A stretch of DNA of 64,000 nt from Vicugna vicugna (Eukaryota): NCBI GenBank assembly GCA_013265495.1, contig MU061538.1:2572865-2636864 (forward strand), given 5' to 3'. Below the pieces are notes generated by a model that was given only the letters and a program-made list of their open reading frames with translations, did not search any database and was not told the DNA's origin. The number at the start of each line of letters is the position of its first letter. Within the stretch, counting starts at the first letter, position 1. Position numbers and translations under genes: made by a program. Positions 1 through 12,790 of this stretch are shown in pieces.

Positions 1-1149
1 GCACGGACCCACACTTTCCGAATAAACACGGAATGTTACCAAGATGTTTCACAAATGGGGTCTCCTCCTTCCGTGACATAATTTTATGTTTTTGTGGATT
101 TGCTAAAATTTCAAATTTGAGTGACTTTCAAATAATGTCACTTTGAATCTTGATCCAAAGCTACGAAGTTCAGAGAGAAAAGAGTGCCACAAAGATATCT
201 CTTCAGCCTCAAAGATGCACAGAGGGTCCTGGGCTAGGTCCCGAGGGGTGGGGGTGGACAGGAGATAAAGAGATCTCCCTTCTCTTTGAGCAGCTGACAA
301 TGTGAAAATGTGCAAATAAACCCAGTTAATGTCAAACACCTGAGAAATATTGCAACACTGCAATCCTCCTGAATAAACGAGAGGCAGAAATACCCAATAC
401 ATGCTATAGAAATTACACAAAGATCTCTCTTTCAACCCCTGCTGTCCTCAAGGTGTTGCCTTACTGTTCGTACCCAGAGTCCTCACCTACCTGCCCCTGC
501 CCACGGATGCTCTCACCGCCCATTCTGCACAGACAGCCCTAAACACCACTGCTTCTCAAGCCACCACAGAGGTGGGCGACGTCACGCGGGCTTCAGCCAG
601 CGTCATGCCGGGGCGCCTGGACAGGGCCCTACACCTGGCCCCGGGCACGTCCACGGAGCCACTCTGTGCTCGAACGGAGGCAACCTAGAAGTACGGGGCT
701 CGGCGAGGCCACCTTCACCAACTCAGGACAGAAGCCAAGGCATCAGAGCTCCTCTCTTAGCCGCTGGGCACAGAGCTCTGGGGTGTAAACGCCTCGACAA
801 CAGGTCCACGAAGCATCCAGAGCAAGCCAGCCATGATGTGACCAGCCCAACAGCACACCCTGCATGTCCGCCCTGGAGCTCAGAGGAAGGGCCTCGGACA
901 GGAAAATAGACTAGGACTTCAACATCATATGATGGTATTTCAAGCAACAAGAAAGATAAAGATGACCTGGAGAGAAAGTGAGATTGAAAACAGACTGAAG
1001 GGCTGAGCCTGGGCGCTCCAACCTCGGGGCCGCGTCCTTCCCTTAGGAGCCTTTCCTCTCCTTTTTATACATAATAAGGTGCTTTATTGGGTTTTCTCTG
1101 ATCTGCTGAGCCTCCCTTTTCTTACTCTTTAGAAGATTTTCCCTTTAGC

Positions 1150-1700
1150 ACCTTTATAACACATCACATTTCCTCAAGACTCAGTCTCATGCCTTCTTCA
1201 CTTTTCAAATCATTTGTATAACTCTCCCCGCAGGTGACTTCATCTACACCCATAGCTTTACTTTAAGACAATTAAGATTTTCTCCTTTCCAGGCATTGCT
1301 CGGGAGAGTCACAACCACCTTTCCAGCTTCTTACTTGGAATCTCCTGTTGAATGTCCCAGAGTTGCCTGGAACTCAGCAATTCCAAAACCAAACCCATGA
1401 ACAACTCAAGACCCCTCAGGCCCCTCCTGATGGGCGCCCCCTCTTCTCTGTAAGGCTGAATTTCTCTCTACAGCCTATGCACCGTGCACACTCCTGCCAG
1501 AAGGACTGGCAGGTCCCAGATGCTGTTTCACTTCCTCAGAGCCCCGGATTTACCAAGCTGCGCCAGGCTCCTGTTCCAGGCGCTTGGCTCTCCTACTCAG
1601 CTGCACTTCTTTGATTTACTGTACAGTCTGCGAGGTAAGATGAGGTATCTCGTTGGCACAGATCAGTGCCTAAAAATGTTTTCAAACGAAGGAATAAACG
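1150..1700 (+). mobile_element. Degenerate LINE-2 fragment
   Basis: Pyrimidine-rich L2-like phrases (ggtgacttcatctacacccatagcttt; cttacttggaatctcctgttgaatgtccca; ctcagcaattccaaaaccaaaccc). Boundaries approximate. Confidence 0.5.
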
Positions 1701-1819
1701 GAGATACCACTGTGGCCTAGAATACGCTTGACATCTTCCTGGGGAGTGAGCCCTGCGTCTGAGTCTTGGAGAGGAAGCCTGGGGAGAGACAGGGACCAGG
1801 ATCACTGAGCGTCTGCGGG

Positions 1820-2005
1820 TTGCCAGGCGCTGTGCTAAGTGCTTTACGTGTGCCTTCAGTCTTCGCAGAATCACGGCTTCACGCACGCTGACCTCTTTTT
1901 AAAGACGGGAATCCTCGCTCAGAAAAGTCAACTGACTGCTCGTGCTCAAGTCAATGATACTGGTAAGAACTTGAGCCCCATTTGACAGCAAAGTCCACTG
2001 TCTTT
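1820..2005 (-). mobile_element. MIR SINE remnant
   Basis: gccaggcgctgtgctaagtgctttacgtg ... aaagacgggaatcctcgctcagaaaagtcaactgact resembles the antisense MIR core. Confidence 0.55.
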
Positions 2006-2778
2006 GGGCAGCAGAGAGGCAGGGGCTGGGAGGGTGGAAATTATCCTGATGCAACGTGGCCTATCTGGATTTGTAGCCTGATACACTAAAATTTTATTGC
2101 ACATGAACATTTACTCTAATAAATGAGAGGTGCCCAGTAACTGGACAGTTGGTTTATATAAAAACATTTTATGATAGTATTTTCTATGAAAAGTTGAGTT
2201 AGTTCATATAAACAAGATCTCCTAGCTGCCTTGGGAACCTATAGGTAAGGACGTGACAGGCACGGATCCAAGGAAATAATTCCAGTCTCCTTACAATTAG
2301 ATAGAATAACATGCTGCAAAACCCATTCGGAAACACCTAAAAGCCCTCATAAGGATATAAAAGGCTTCAAAACCAAACCCTGCAGGACAGCAGCTTACTC
2401 AACTTGTTTAACCATAGTTCTCAAATTTATTTGAGGATGGAACTTTTCTCACAGAGTACCAAGGATAATTGCACTGACGCGAAAGACAGCCTGGGGAGTC
2501 CTGCTTTATTCCACTCCTTCTAGAACTACAGACCTAGATTCTTCCCTTGAAGAGGGACACTGTAAAAATATCTGCATCTTAGTTTCTCTAGTTAGGAAGT
2601 TCTTCCTAATGTCTGTCTCACTCCAAGTTCTCCCGCAGAATCCTAAGCTCCTTCCCCTCTCATCTTTCCTCCAAAGGAACAGACTACTGGCTTGGACCAT
2701 CATGTGTGCAGTCACTGCTCAGTACTTGAAAACTATGAAGGATTACTCTTTTGGCTCAAGTTAAAAGTACCCATTTCT

Positions 2779-2900
2779 GAGGGGAGGGCATAGTTCAGTG
2801 GCAGAGAGCATGCTTAGCATGCACGAGGTCCTGGGTTCAGTCCCCAGTGCCTCCATTTAAAAACAAACAAACCAAATTACCTCTCTCAAGAGAAAAAAAA
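2779..2900 (+). mobile_element. Camelid tRNA-derived SINE (Vic-1 type)
   Basis: GGGGAGGGCATAGTTCAGTGG A-box, GGGTTCAGTCCCC B-box and A-rich tail. Flanked by an imperfect TSD (aaaagtacccatttct at 2763-2778; aaaagtatccttttct at 2898-2913). Confidence 0.85.
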
Positions 2901-4896
2901 AGTATCCTTTTCTATAGATTGTTTACAAAGCATGCATTTTCAATACTTTTAATCATTTTTAGCTAAATCTACTCTTTTTTTTTTTTAACATTTTCCCTCT
3001 GTTGAGAAAATAAACTAAACACAGTTCTACTCCAAAGGCCAGGAGGCTGCGGAGGGAGAAAGGGTTAGTTCAAGGTTCCTGTTTATAGCCAGTGCTTTAC
3101 AAGGTGAAGGCTCAGATTTAACAAAATATTCTTTACCAAAACGGCCATGAGTGGCACTGGGATGACAGGCACTGTCTGACGAGGAGCGCTGGCGAGGGGA
3201 GGACAGTGGCTAAGCCTGCCAGGCACAGAGCCCCGGGGCCACGGAGCCCCAGTGAGCAGATGTGAGAATCTCTCCTAAACGGTTCTGAAGGACAAATACA
3301 AAACCGTGTCTGGAAGGCTTCCAGGCGCAGGGAGCTCTTACTGAACGAGGTAACCCCTCCCGCCGCTGGGATGCCCCCGTCGTTCCAAGATTGTCTGGTA
3401 AGATGACCTGAAACCTGCCTTTCCACGTTCTCCCCACTCAGGTGTTGGTCGTGTCTCCCAGAGCAACGAGCAGTGACCCATTTCCCGTCCTACGAAAGCC
3501 CTTCAAGTACCTGCCGACACTTCCCCTTGTTCAGGTGTTGAGGTTACACTTGTGGTCGTTTCCAAGCGTCGTGAAAGGACCTGAAAGGCTCTGACCAAGG
3601 ACACCGCGCTCACGTGCTGGAAGCTTAGAGGCACGTACAGGGCCGGGTGTCGGACACGCAGAGTCCCAAGGCTAAAGCCACCTTTCAGTATGTCAGGTTC
3701 ACTGATGTGCCCCCATCCAACAGAGAAACATGACCAGGTGTTCCAAGGATTTGGATGGACAAAATGAAAATGTCTATATAAAGGACATTCAAAGAAAAAA
3801 AACAACTAGTAAACAGAAAATCGAAGACAGAGAACTTAAAAAGACCTACACTTGGAGGAGTGAACCTCCAACTGAAATGTGAGTTGAAACTGGAATCGCC
3901 AATAAATTACACGGCCATCGCGTAACTTTTAAGAGAAGTTCTAACAATTCTGCAGTTGGAGTTGCGTCTCCACATACAGCCCAGCTTCCCTGGGGGGCCG
4001 TAACTCCACCAGCTCGTGCGCCTAGCAGCACGAAACATCCTCTCAGACTCGCCAAGAAGCTATTCAGACCTGAATTATGATGCACGTGCCATTATCTCTC
4101 ACAGAAGCCGCACGAAACTCTAATTAGAATCGTCTCAAAAGAACTAGAAAGGCAGTGGAATTCTGTATTTTATTTGCCAGAGAAGAAAGTTCCGCTGATG
4201 CACATTTAGAAAGTTGCTAATCTCTTACAAGCTGAACATCTGTTTCACTTACACAAAGACATCTCACCTTCCTGCTCTGAACAGCCACTATGAGCTCCGC
4301 AACACGAGGATGTTAAAGGCAAAAAAATAAAGACCCACTTTTTTTTTTTTAAGGCTGCCACTAAAGCCCAGGGTGAGATTTTATAGAAAATTCTGGTGAA
4401 ATTTTATGAGGCGCATATCTGAAATGCTAAAAACAGGAACGCACACAATGAAAGCGATAGTTTGACTCTTCTCTAGAATATGGGACGGCTGGGAGGAAGG
4501 GAATTTACACCTGGTTTTAATTTAGGGAGAACCTGGCAGTTGCTTTTTGTTCTTAGGATGAAGTTTATGGCGTGATTGAGAAAATGGCCGGAAAAATAAT
4601 GGCACAGAAAGGTAAAATAAATCTCTACAAAAAGACAACTTCTCACCATCTCACCAACAAAATCCTGTGAAATAGGCCCTAAAAGTAGTGATGATTTTTT
4701 TTTTCTCTGCCAAAAAGGTTTCCATGCCTTTCCGCTCTCCTAGGTGGCAGTGTGGGATAAAAAGAAACTATCCCAGGAGCCATCAACTACTCCAGGATTC
4801 AAAGATCACGAAGAATGAAGATTCAAGGGAAAATACTTAATAAGGCATCAGAATAAAGAGACTTTTTTTTAATAAACAGAAAACAGTAATACTTAC

Positions 4897-4971
4897 TGGT
4901 TCCACATTATATGAAAAAAGAGCATACTCTTTATCTGGAGATATTTCATATCTGATGGCTCTTAATGATTC
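4897..4971 (-). CDS. DPP6: DPP6 coding exon (75 nt, phase 0-0; probably exon 5): [25 protein letters not shown]
   Basis: The hand translation matches the DPP6 beta-propeller segment. T-rich acceptor ending TTTTAG (AG = 4972-4973); donor GTAAGT (4891-4896). In frame with the 95-nt exon. Confidence 0.96.
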
Positions 4972-5514
4972 CTAAAAGAAAAAAAAGAACAAAGGGTTTT
5001 TAAAGTATTACATAATATAACTCAACATCTTGAAGGAAAATGTTCAAAATCTGCTAATGAAGTTCGTATGTAGCAAACTTGCTAGAGTCTCTTAAACATA
5101 GTAATGTCCTTTTCCTGTTAACTGAATAATGTTCAGCTAATTAATGCTATTTTATATTTATTTGTATTTTTCTTAAATTTCAACAAGTCAAAACATACAG
5201 TATTTACTGAAACAAATCAATACATAAACATAAAAACAAGTAACCTTTTCCCACAAGACTCCCAAACCCTCTGTATCTTTAAATAAACTTCCCATTGCTC
5301 ATCCCTATACGTAGAAGCTTTTATTAAGCAGATCTGTTCCTAAAATAGAATCACATTCTGCACATATTTTTGCAACTTGCTTTTTCACCATCGGAGGTGG
5401 CTACTGACTCCCAGGTCAGTCAGTGTACGGAGGGCTAACTAGCATTTTTTTCTCTCAAATTTCTTCATAGTACACAGGTAATTTTACACAAACGAAACCA
5501 TCAAAAATGCTGTG

Positions 5515-5596
5515 TTTCGTATACGCATGCCTGGGACATTGTGCTGCACACCAGAAAGGGACACGTTGTAACTGACCGCACTTCAATTAAAAAAAA
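5515..5596 (+). mobile_element. Short L1 3' end with poly(A)
   Basis: tgtgctgcacaccagaaa...tgtaactgaccgcacttcaattaaaaaaaa is the same terminal motif seen in the other young L1 ends in this window. Confidence 0.7.
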
Positions 5597-5944
5597 TGTG
5601 ACGTTTCCCTTCCGCTTACCCCGTCTTCTCTGATGCACTCACACTGCTGTGCAGACCCTCCGACCCACTCAAAAGAGCCCTATGTTGTCACCTTGGTGGG
5701 CATCACTCTCTAAATGTTGGTACAACCATGTGCAAACATATAGCTGTATAACCACAGCTAAAAATGACGTCACCTTACACAACTCTCCCTTGGTTTTTTC
5801 ATGCAACGATAATTTAAGGAAAGGACTCTACAGCAATTGGCTTAGCCTGAACTGGTGATCTTTGAAGCTTCCATACTCTTCTATGCTGTGGATATATCTT
5901 AATTTGCTCAGTCAGCCCCCACTCACTGAGTCCTCACAGGAGAG

Positions 5945-6187
5945 TATTGTCATTCACGGTGCTTATGTTCCAGGAAGTCTCCATAAACACTGCTCTTAGG
6001 GGAATCTCAGGGTTAGGTTCCTGTGAGCCTCTGGTCACAGCGTTACTGTCCACCAATCAGCACGTAACCTTGTCACAGGTGTGTTTCTTTCTGAAGACAT
6101 TGTATGGGATCTATATTGTTGACAAATAAACTTTAGCACAAGGCGAATCTGCAGACTCGGAAGCTGTGAAAGACGCAGGTAGACTGT
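5945..6187. mobile_element. MER82-like (TcMar-Tigger) DNA transposon remnant with internal deletion
   Basis: cttaggggaatctcagggttaggttcctgtgagcctctggtcaca and acaaataaactttagc...gactg match the MER82 consensus as I recall it. Confidence 0.55.
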
Positions 6188-6789
6188 GGTATGTCTCCAG
6201 TCTCTGGCTTTTATGCACAATGTGCTAAGGACCCACCTCCATGCATCTTTACTGGTGGGTGTGCGGTGGTTTTAAGCATTTTACAGAATAGATTTCTAAG
6301 GGTAGGATCAACGCTTTACAAGTTTTTAAAGCATTTAAAAAGATAGCTTCCAATTTCTTTTCAAAAATGTTTTTGGAATTGACACCCCACTACCGATACA
6401 GGAGAGCATCCTTTCTTCCCCTCCTTGGCAGCGATAAGTTACCGTATTTTCTTCCATTTTGACCCTCTGAGGGGAGAAAGTAGTGCCTCACTGATCACAC
6501 TTCCCTGCCTATGGGTACATCTGAACCCAGCTGGGTGGGTTTCAGGCACCACTCACTGGGTGGGTTTCATCATTAGAGAACTGTCCAGCCTTATCTTCTT
6601 GAATATACATTCTCTGCCTTGATTTTTCTCCGGTTCTTTCTTAAGCTCACTTCTATCACGTTTTCACCCCAATTCAACCAAAACTCTTCTCCAGGTTACC
6701 AGAGACTCACCTCCTAAGTGTCGTGATAATTTCTCAGCTCTCAACTCAGCGCAGCTGGTCACTGTCTTCCCCCACAAGACCCTGTTCAC

Positions 6790-7395
6790 TTCGTATTATA
6801 GTCTCGCCTACGGTTACATTGTATTTTTTTTCAGATCTTCAACAAGATTTTATAGTTTGCTTTATTCTAACTCTTATGTCGTCCTTAGATTTACTCTAGG
6901 TCCTTTTATTGTCTTTATTCTTGTTGTAAATGGAATATTCTCTCCATTTCCACCTCTACACACTAATGTTAATGAAGAGAGAAGCTATTGACTTATTTAT
7001 GTATTTCTATTTCCCCATTTTAATAAATATTCTTATTTACTACAGTAGTTTTAGAACTAACTCCTTTTAGGCTTTCTAAGGTAGAATTACGTTATCGGGA
7101 AAAGAGAGTTTTTCCCTGCTTCCTTTCCCAGTCATTCAGCTGGCTTGTACACTGCACTTTCCACTACCTCCAGGAGCACATTAAATATTCACAGCGATGT
7201 CGACTGTTCTGTCTACAATGCAGATGGCTTTATTGTTTGCCATTTAGAATGGTTTTCACTGCTAGTTGGTTCATGGTAAATAGTGTATCATAGTTAAGTA
7301 GTTTTTATTCTTATGTGGAATTTTTATTAGAAGTGGTTGAGAAACTTTATCAGATGCCCTTACAGCATCCTGAGATACAATCGTAAGTATTTTCC
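6790..7395 (-). mobile_element. Old L1M ORF2 fragment (antisense)
   Basis: T-rich antisense L1 phrases (ttgttgtaaatggaatatt, gctattgacttatttatgt, ttttaggctttctaaggtagaatt). Confidence 0.55.
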
Positions 7396-9221
7396 CGTTA
7401 TTTTTCAGGCTGGGGCCTGGGCTCTTTCCCACCTGGTGGGCGAGACGCGTTCGGGGCACCCGCAGGGGGAAACGCTGTGCGGAGCCATCGCGCATGCGCC
7501 TCTGGGGAGCCCAGCCGGGAGGGGGGCTTCCTGCTTCTCCAGGGCTGAGAACCCGCAGGCGTGAAGCGCTTGATGGAAATCAAGTGCAATAGGAGGGAGT
7601 GAAAATTTACCACGTGGAAGTCAAACTTAGTGGAGGAAGTGAAAAAAAAAAAAAAGTCGTCTCACGTTCTAATCTCAGCCACATTCTGGAGTTGCCCTGC
7701 TGTTTCTCCCCCGGATCCTGCAATGGCTCTGATAGTACCTGTAATTACATCCCACTCTGCGAGGGGTCAGAATTCATTAACTGCTGGAGAGCGAGATGAA
7801 AATTCAGATCCTAGCGATTATATAAAATCAAAGGGAAATAGAGAAACAAAAGGGCTTTTTATTTAAACGTTAATTTTGTAATTTAAGTAAGTAATTAACA
7901 CAAGGAGATTAATAAGCAAGTAAAGACATAAAAAGTGAGAAAATCTGACATAAACATAACAACAAAAAAATGTTTTTACATTGTTTTTCCTTCCAAGTAT
8001 TTCCAGGAACCATCGATAGCTCTTACATATTCATCAGTGGCGGAAGTCTAATGTCTTTGAAATGTGAGGCTGAATTTTTAGAAATCTGATTAAAATTATT
8101 GAATAAATGGCATCAAGACAGCAATTATGTAAATCACCACACTGGAAAATGATGTACAGAATTTCCCCACCCGACAAGGCGAGCTGTTGTTGGACCTCCT
8201 GCTGGTCTCCCAGCCTTGACTCAGTGCACGTGGATGATGCTGACAGCTGTTAACTGAAGTGTGTGGTGTGTTCGTCTGTGCTTCCTTAACACAGCATCAT
8301 AAATATTTTTCATGTTACTCTACAGCCTTCATAACTATTATTTTAACTGCTACATCATACTTTATTTTTATTTTTATTACTTATCTCATTTCTGTACTTT
8401 CAGGTATTTTCACTACTTTTTAAAGTTTTTAGATTATTTCCTTATGCAAAATTCCCTGGAATGAGTCAAAATGCATAAGTATTTTTATTCATCTTGAATG
8501 TACTGCCAAGTTGGTTTCCCAAGCACCTGGAACAATTTAAATAATTCAGTGAATGACCGTATCCTTTGCACCACCCCTGGTGACTGATGGTATTATCAGT
8601 AAAGAGGGTGTAAAAAGGATGCGTGTCACAGGTGACACGACGGGGTGTGCTGGAGGGCCCCTCTGGGTCAAAAGCACACAAAGTGGAGGTCAAGCCGCAG
8701 TTGCTTACGGGATGTCTTGGTTTCCTCCTCTAAGAACAGAAGGGTTTGAATGACGTAATCTGCAAAGACTACTCCAGCTTTAAATATGTAAGTCTCAAGC
8801 AAAGGCTAACACTTCATCCTTCTGAGAACTTTTGCTCTATGATGTTTTAGAGGAATTGGAGAGACGGCACTAAGTTTCTATAAGGATTACAGATCCTGGG
8901 AAATCTATGTCATTAAGCTCAACAAAATGCATTAAGTCCATTTTAAGTGCACTTCTACTGAAGAGAGTGACAGAGAGATAGGGAAGGAAGAAGTCAGTGT
9001 GTACTCAGTAGAAAAAAGATCCATGAGATTTTTCAGGAACCAGAAGTCTATCGTCCTAACATCAAAAGATCCCATTTGGGCCATCAGATATATTTCATGT
9101 CTCGTTTTTCAGGGAAAAAATGAGATACATAATATAACAAAGGCCTTTTTATATATTTTTAACTTGTTGACAAAGAGTCTTAGAGGGGCATAAAGATACA
9201 CTAAATTTGATATTTAAAGTA

Positions 9222-9325
9222 TTTTTTTCATTTTATTTATTTTTTAAATAGAAGTACTGGTGATTGAACCCAGGACTTCATGCATGCTAAGCATGTGCTC
9301 TACCACTGAGCTATACCCTCCCCCC
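9222..9325 (-). mobile_element. Camelid Vic-1-type SINE
   Basis: Reverse complement of the 2779 element: attgaacccaggacttcatgcatgctaagcatgtgctctaccactgagctataccctcccc, with a T-rich tail. Confidence 0.85.
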
Positions 9326-9345
9326 GAACCATTTTTAAAATAAAG

Positions 9346-11538
9346 GTAAAAGTTATGTTTACACTGTACTGTAGTATTTTAAGTGTGCAATATCACCATG
9401 TCTAAAAAACAATGTGCATATCTTAATTAAATAATACTTTATTGCTAAAAACGCTAACCATCGTCTGAGCCTTCAGTAAGCTGGTGTCTTTGTGTTGGTG
9501 GGAGCCTCGCCTCGGTGTTGATGGCTGCTGGCTGATCAGGGTGGCGGTTGCTGAAGGCTGGGTGGCTGTGGCAGTTTCTTAAAATAAGACACCGTGAAGT
9601 TTGCCGCATTAATGGACTCTTCCTTTCGGGAACAACTTCTCTGTAGCAGGCAGTGCTGTGTGACAGCCTTTCAGCCACGGTAGAACTTTTCAGAATTGGA
9701 CTCAATCCTCTCGGACCCTGCTGCTGCCCTGTCAGCTGAGGTTCTGTCACACCCTAAACGCTTCACTGTCATCGGGACACCGTCACAGCACCTTCTCCAG
9801 GAGAGGATTCCGTCTCAGGAAACCACCTGCTCTGCTCACCCTTTTCCGTGGACATTTACCATGAGGCTGCAGCAGTTCAGCCCCAGCTTCAGGCCCCACG
9901 TCTAATCCCAGTTCAGCCACTGTTTCCACCATGTCCGCAGTTCCTTCCTGCACCGAGGTCTTGAAGCCCCTGAAGTCCACGAGGGTCAGAGTCCTCTTCT
10001 CCCGACCCCTGTTAGTGTTGATGCTTTGCCCTCTTCTCATGAGTCTTGAGTGTTCGTAATTGCATCTGGAATGGGAGTCCCTTCCAGAAGGTTTTCAGTT
10101 CCTTCTCCCAGATCCATCCAAGGAATCACAGTCTATGGTAGCTACAGCCTTATGAAATGTATTTCTTAAATAATAATTCTTGAAAGTCAAAATTACTCCT
10201 TGATTCATGGGCTGCAGACTGATAGTTGTGTTCTTAGGCATGATAACGATGTGAATCCTGTTGTCCATCTCCACCAGAGCTCCTGGGTGACCACGTGCAC
10301 TGCCAACGAGCAGCCATATTTTGAAAGGAATCTTTTTCTCTCAGCAATAGGTCTCAACAGTGGGTTTAAAATATTCAGTAAACCATGTTGTAAACAGATA
10401 TGCTGTCACGCAGGCGTTGTTGTTCCATTTACAGAGCACAGGCAGAGAAGACTTGGCATCATTCTAAAGGATTTTAGGAAAGATAAATCAGCGTTGGCTT
10501 CAACTGAAAATCACTGGCTGCATTAGCCCCAAGCAAGAGTCAGCCTGTCCTTCGAAGCTCCGAAGCCAGGCACCGACTTCTCCTCTCCAGCTATGAAAGT
10601 CCTAGACGGCAGCTTCTGCCAACGGAGGGCTGTTTCATCTGTATTCAAAATCCGCAGTTCAGCGCAGCCACCTGCGTGAACGATCTGAGCTGGATCTTCT
10701 GGAGAACTCGCCGCAGCTTCCGCATCACCTGCTGCTTCCCCTGCACTTGGATGTTACGGAGACGGCTTTTGCCCTTAAACCTCATCAAGCAGCTTCTGCT
10801 GCTCCGAACCTTTCTCCTGCGGCTTCCTCGCCTCTTCCAGCCCTCGGAGAACTGAGGAGAGTGAGGGCCTTGCTCTGGATGAGGCTCTGGCTGAAGGGAA
10901 GGCTGCGGCTGGACTGAGCTTCCACCCAGACCGCCAACTGCTTCCCGTGTCAGCCGTAAGGCGCTTCTCTTCCTTGTCGTTTGCATGTTCACTGCAGCAG
11001 CACTTCTGACTCCTTCAGCTTCTCCTTGGCACTCACAACTTGGCTGACCGTTTGGCACAGGAGATCTACCTTTCAGCCTCTCTCAGCTTTTGACAAACCT
11101 TCCTCACTCAGTTTCATCACTTCTAGCTTTTGTTTTAACATTTTTTTTATTGAGTTGTAGTCAGTCGACAACGTTGTGTCAGCTTCCAGTGTAGAGCACG
11201 ATTTCTCAGTTATACATGAACATACGTATGTTCATTGTCACATCTTTTTCTCTGTGAGCCTCCACAAGAACCACTTCTAGCTTTCGATTTAAGCTGAGAG
11301 ACATGTGATGCTTCCTTTCCCTTGAACACACAGAAGTCGTTGTAGGGGTGCTCACCGGCCTAATTTAGTTCTGTTGTGTTTCAGGGACCAGGGAGGCCCA
11401 TGGGAAGGGAGAGAGACGGGGGGGGCGGCTGGTTGGTGAAGCAGTCCGAACACACACAACATTTATCAATTAAGGTCACCATCTTACATGGGAGCGGCCC
11501 AGGGTGCACAGAATATATCTCACTACCAAAAAGATCAA
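9346..11538 (-). mobile_element. Near full-length, decayed Tigger1 DNA transposon (pogo-like transposase pseudogene); both TIRs missing
   Basis: Colinear over about 2.2 kb with the Tigger1 consensus as I recall it. ORF-track remnants carry Tigger1 peptides, e.g. DFRGFKTSVQEGTADMVETVAELGLDVGPEAGAELLQPH (9783..10040) and RFKGKSRLRNIQVQG (10645..11058). Confidence 0.9.
11131..11271 (-). mobile_element. Young L1 3' end inserted into Tigger1
   Basis: Antisense L1 terminus (ttttattgagttgtagtcagt...ccagtgtagagcac) flanked by an exact 13-bp TSD cacttctagcttt (11118-11130 and 11272-11284). Confidence 0.85.
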
Positions 11539-11549
11539 TATAAAAACCA

Positions 11550-11778
11550 AAAGATCTGAGATCTGCAGACACTAACTACTACATATGAAGTAGATAAACA
11601 ACAAGTTTCCGTTGTGTAGCAGAGGAAACTGCATTAATACCTTGTAGTGACCTATAACAAAAAAGAACGTGAAAAGGAATATACGTACGTGTATGACTGA
11701 AACATGATGCTGTGCGCCAGAAATGACACAGCACTGTAAACTGGCTAGACTTCAATAATATAATAATAAGAAAAAAAC
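11550..11778 (+). mobile_element. L1 3' UTR end with A-rich tail
   Basis: gagatctgcagacactaact...tagataaacaacaag...gtatgactgaaacatgatgctgtgcgccagaaa...ttcaataat. Confidence 0.8.
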
Positions 11779-12149
11779 TCCAAAAGAATGCAAGTAAAAG
11801 TGTGCACCGGGTGACAACCACCATGGACTGCTAAGTGTATTGGGGAGCTCACAATATAAAGGTCCGCGGTATTCTGAAATAGTTCATGATTTGATTTCTA
11901 CCATTTGGAGGTGCAAGAGGGGACGCCTTTTGGTCAGAGGAACCTGTTCAGGGGCAGGTGAGACACCTGCAGGGAGCCCAGCACAGCGCCCGCTCGCATT
12001 TGCATATTTGCATATTCATGAACCACTTTAAGGGCCCGATGGCTAGTGTGTGCGTTCACTTGCATCCCTTTCCATCAGGGAAAGAGCCGGTCAGGGAAGC
12101 CACGGAGCCAGAGGAGGGTCACGGCAAGGCTGGCTGGGACGCCCTGACG

Positions 12150-12790
12150 TGGCCTTGCGGGTGAAGGGCCCCTCTCGGCGGCCGGGAGGGAGAACGGGGT
12201 TGAGATCAGGTTGTGGGTTGGGACCTTAAACTCCGGCGGACGTGGGCATTCACCGCTTCACGTCCGCTTCTCCTCTAGTCTCAGATCGTTCTAAGATCAA
12301 CCTAAAGATCGCAGTTGCTCAGACGTCGCCCCGCTCTCTTCCTCAGCTTCCTTCTATCATTTAAATCATCTCAAAGCGTCTGGGTTTCCAACAAGAAGAG
12401 AACAGCGGCGGAGCCGTCCCTGGAAAGGCCGGAGGACAGACTGAGGACCAGCGCCGCTCCCCGCCCGGGCCGCCCGCTGCCCAGCTCGCGCGCCCTCCCC
12501 GAGCAGGGGCGCTGCGGGCCCTGGGTACGTGCATGTGCATGACTGACGCACGGTGCTGCGGCCGGGCGTCGGGCCTGCCTTCCTCACCCCTGCTCACGAG
12601 CCGCAGAGAGGGGGCAGCCCCCGCGGCTGGGGCCCTGCAGGCGGGCGGCGGAGGCAGCAGCTGTACCTCGGCGGCACCGAAGCCCAGGAAGCTTAACCGG
12701 CCGCGCGGACGCGAGCCCGGGCTCCGTGTTCCAAACGACGGCGCCGCCCTGCGGTGACTTCTCTTCCCTGCATCCGAGGTCTGTTTACTT
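12150..12790. promoter_or_regulatory. CpG/GC-rich patch (intronic, CpG-island-like)
   Basis: Dense CpG and high GC compared with the flanks. No function shown. Confidence 0.45.

Larger units (their letters stand above)
1..4896 (-). other. DPP6: 5' part of the following DPP6 intron (runs off the window)
   Basis: Starts at the GTAAGT donor. I did not find the next expected exon (IYQHSYTGYYVLSKIPHG-like) in 1-4896. Confidence 0.8.

Noticed and set aside
2779..2860. tRNA-like sequence (also at 9250-9325)
   Set aside because: It has an A-rich tail, a TSD and a diverged second copy in the window, so it is a tRNA-derived SINE rather than a tRNA gene.
9346..11538. Intact or domesticated Tigger transposase (TIGD1-like)
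   Set aside because: The frame is broken into short pieces, it is interrupted by an L1 insertion, and it lacks terminal inverted repeats.
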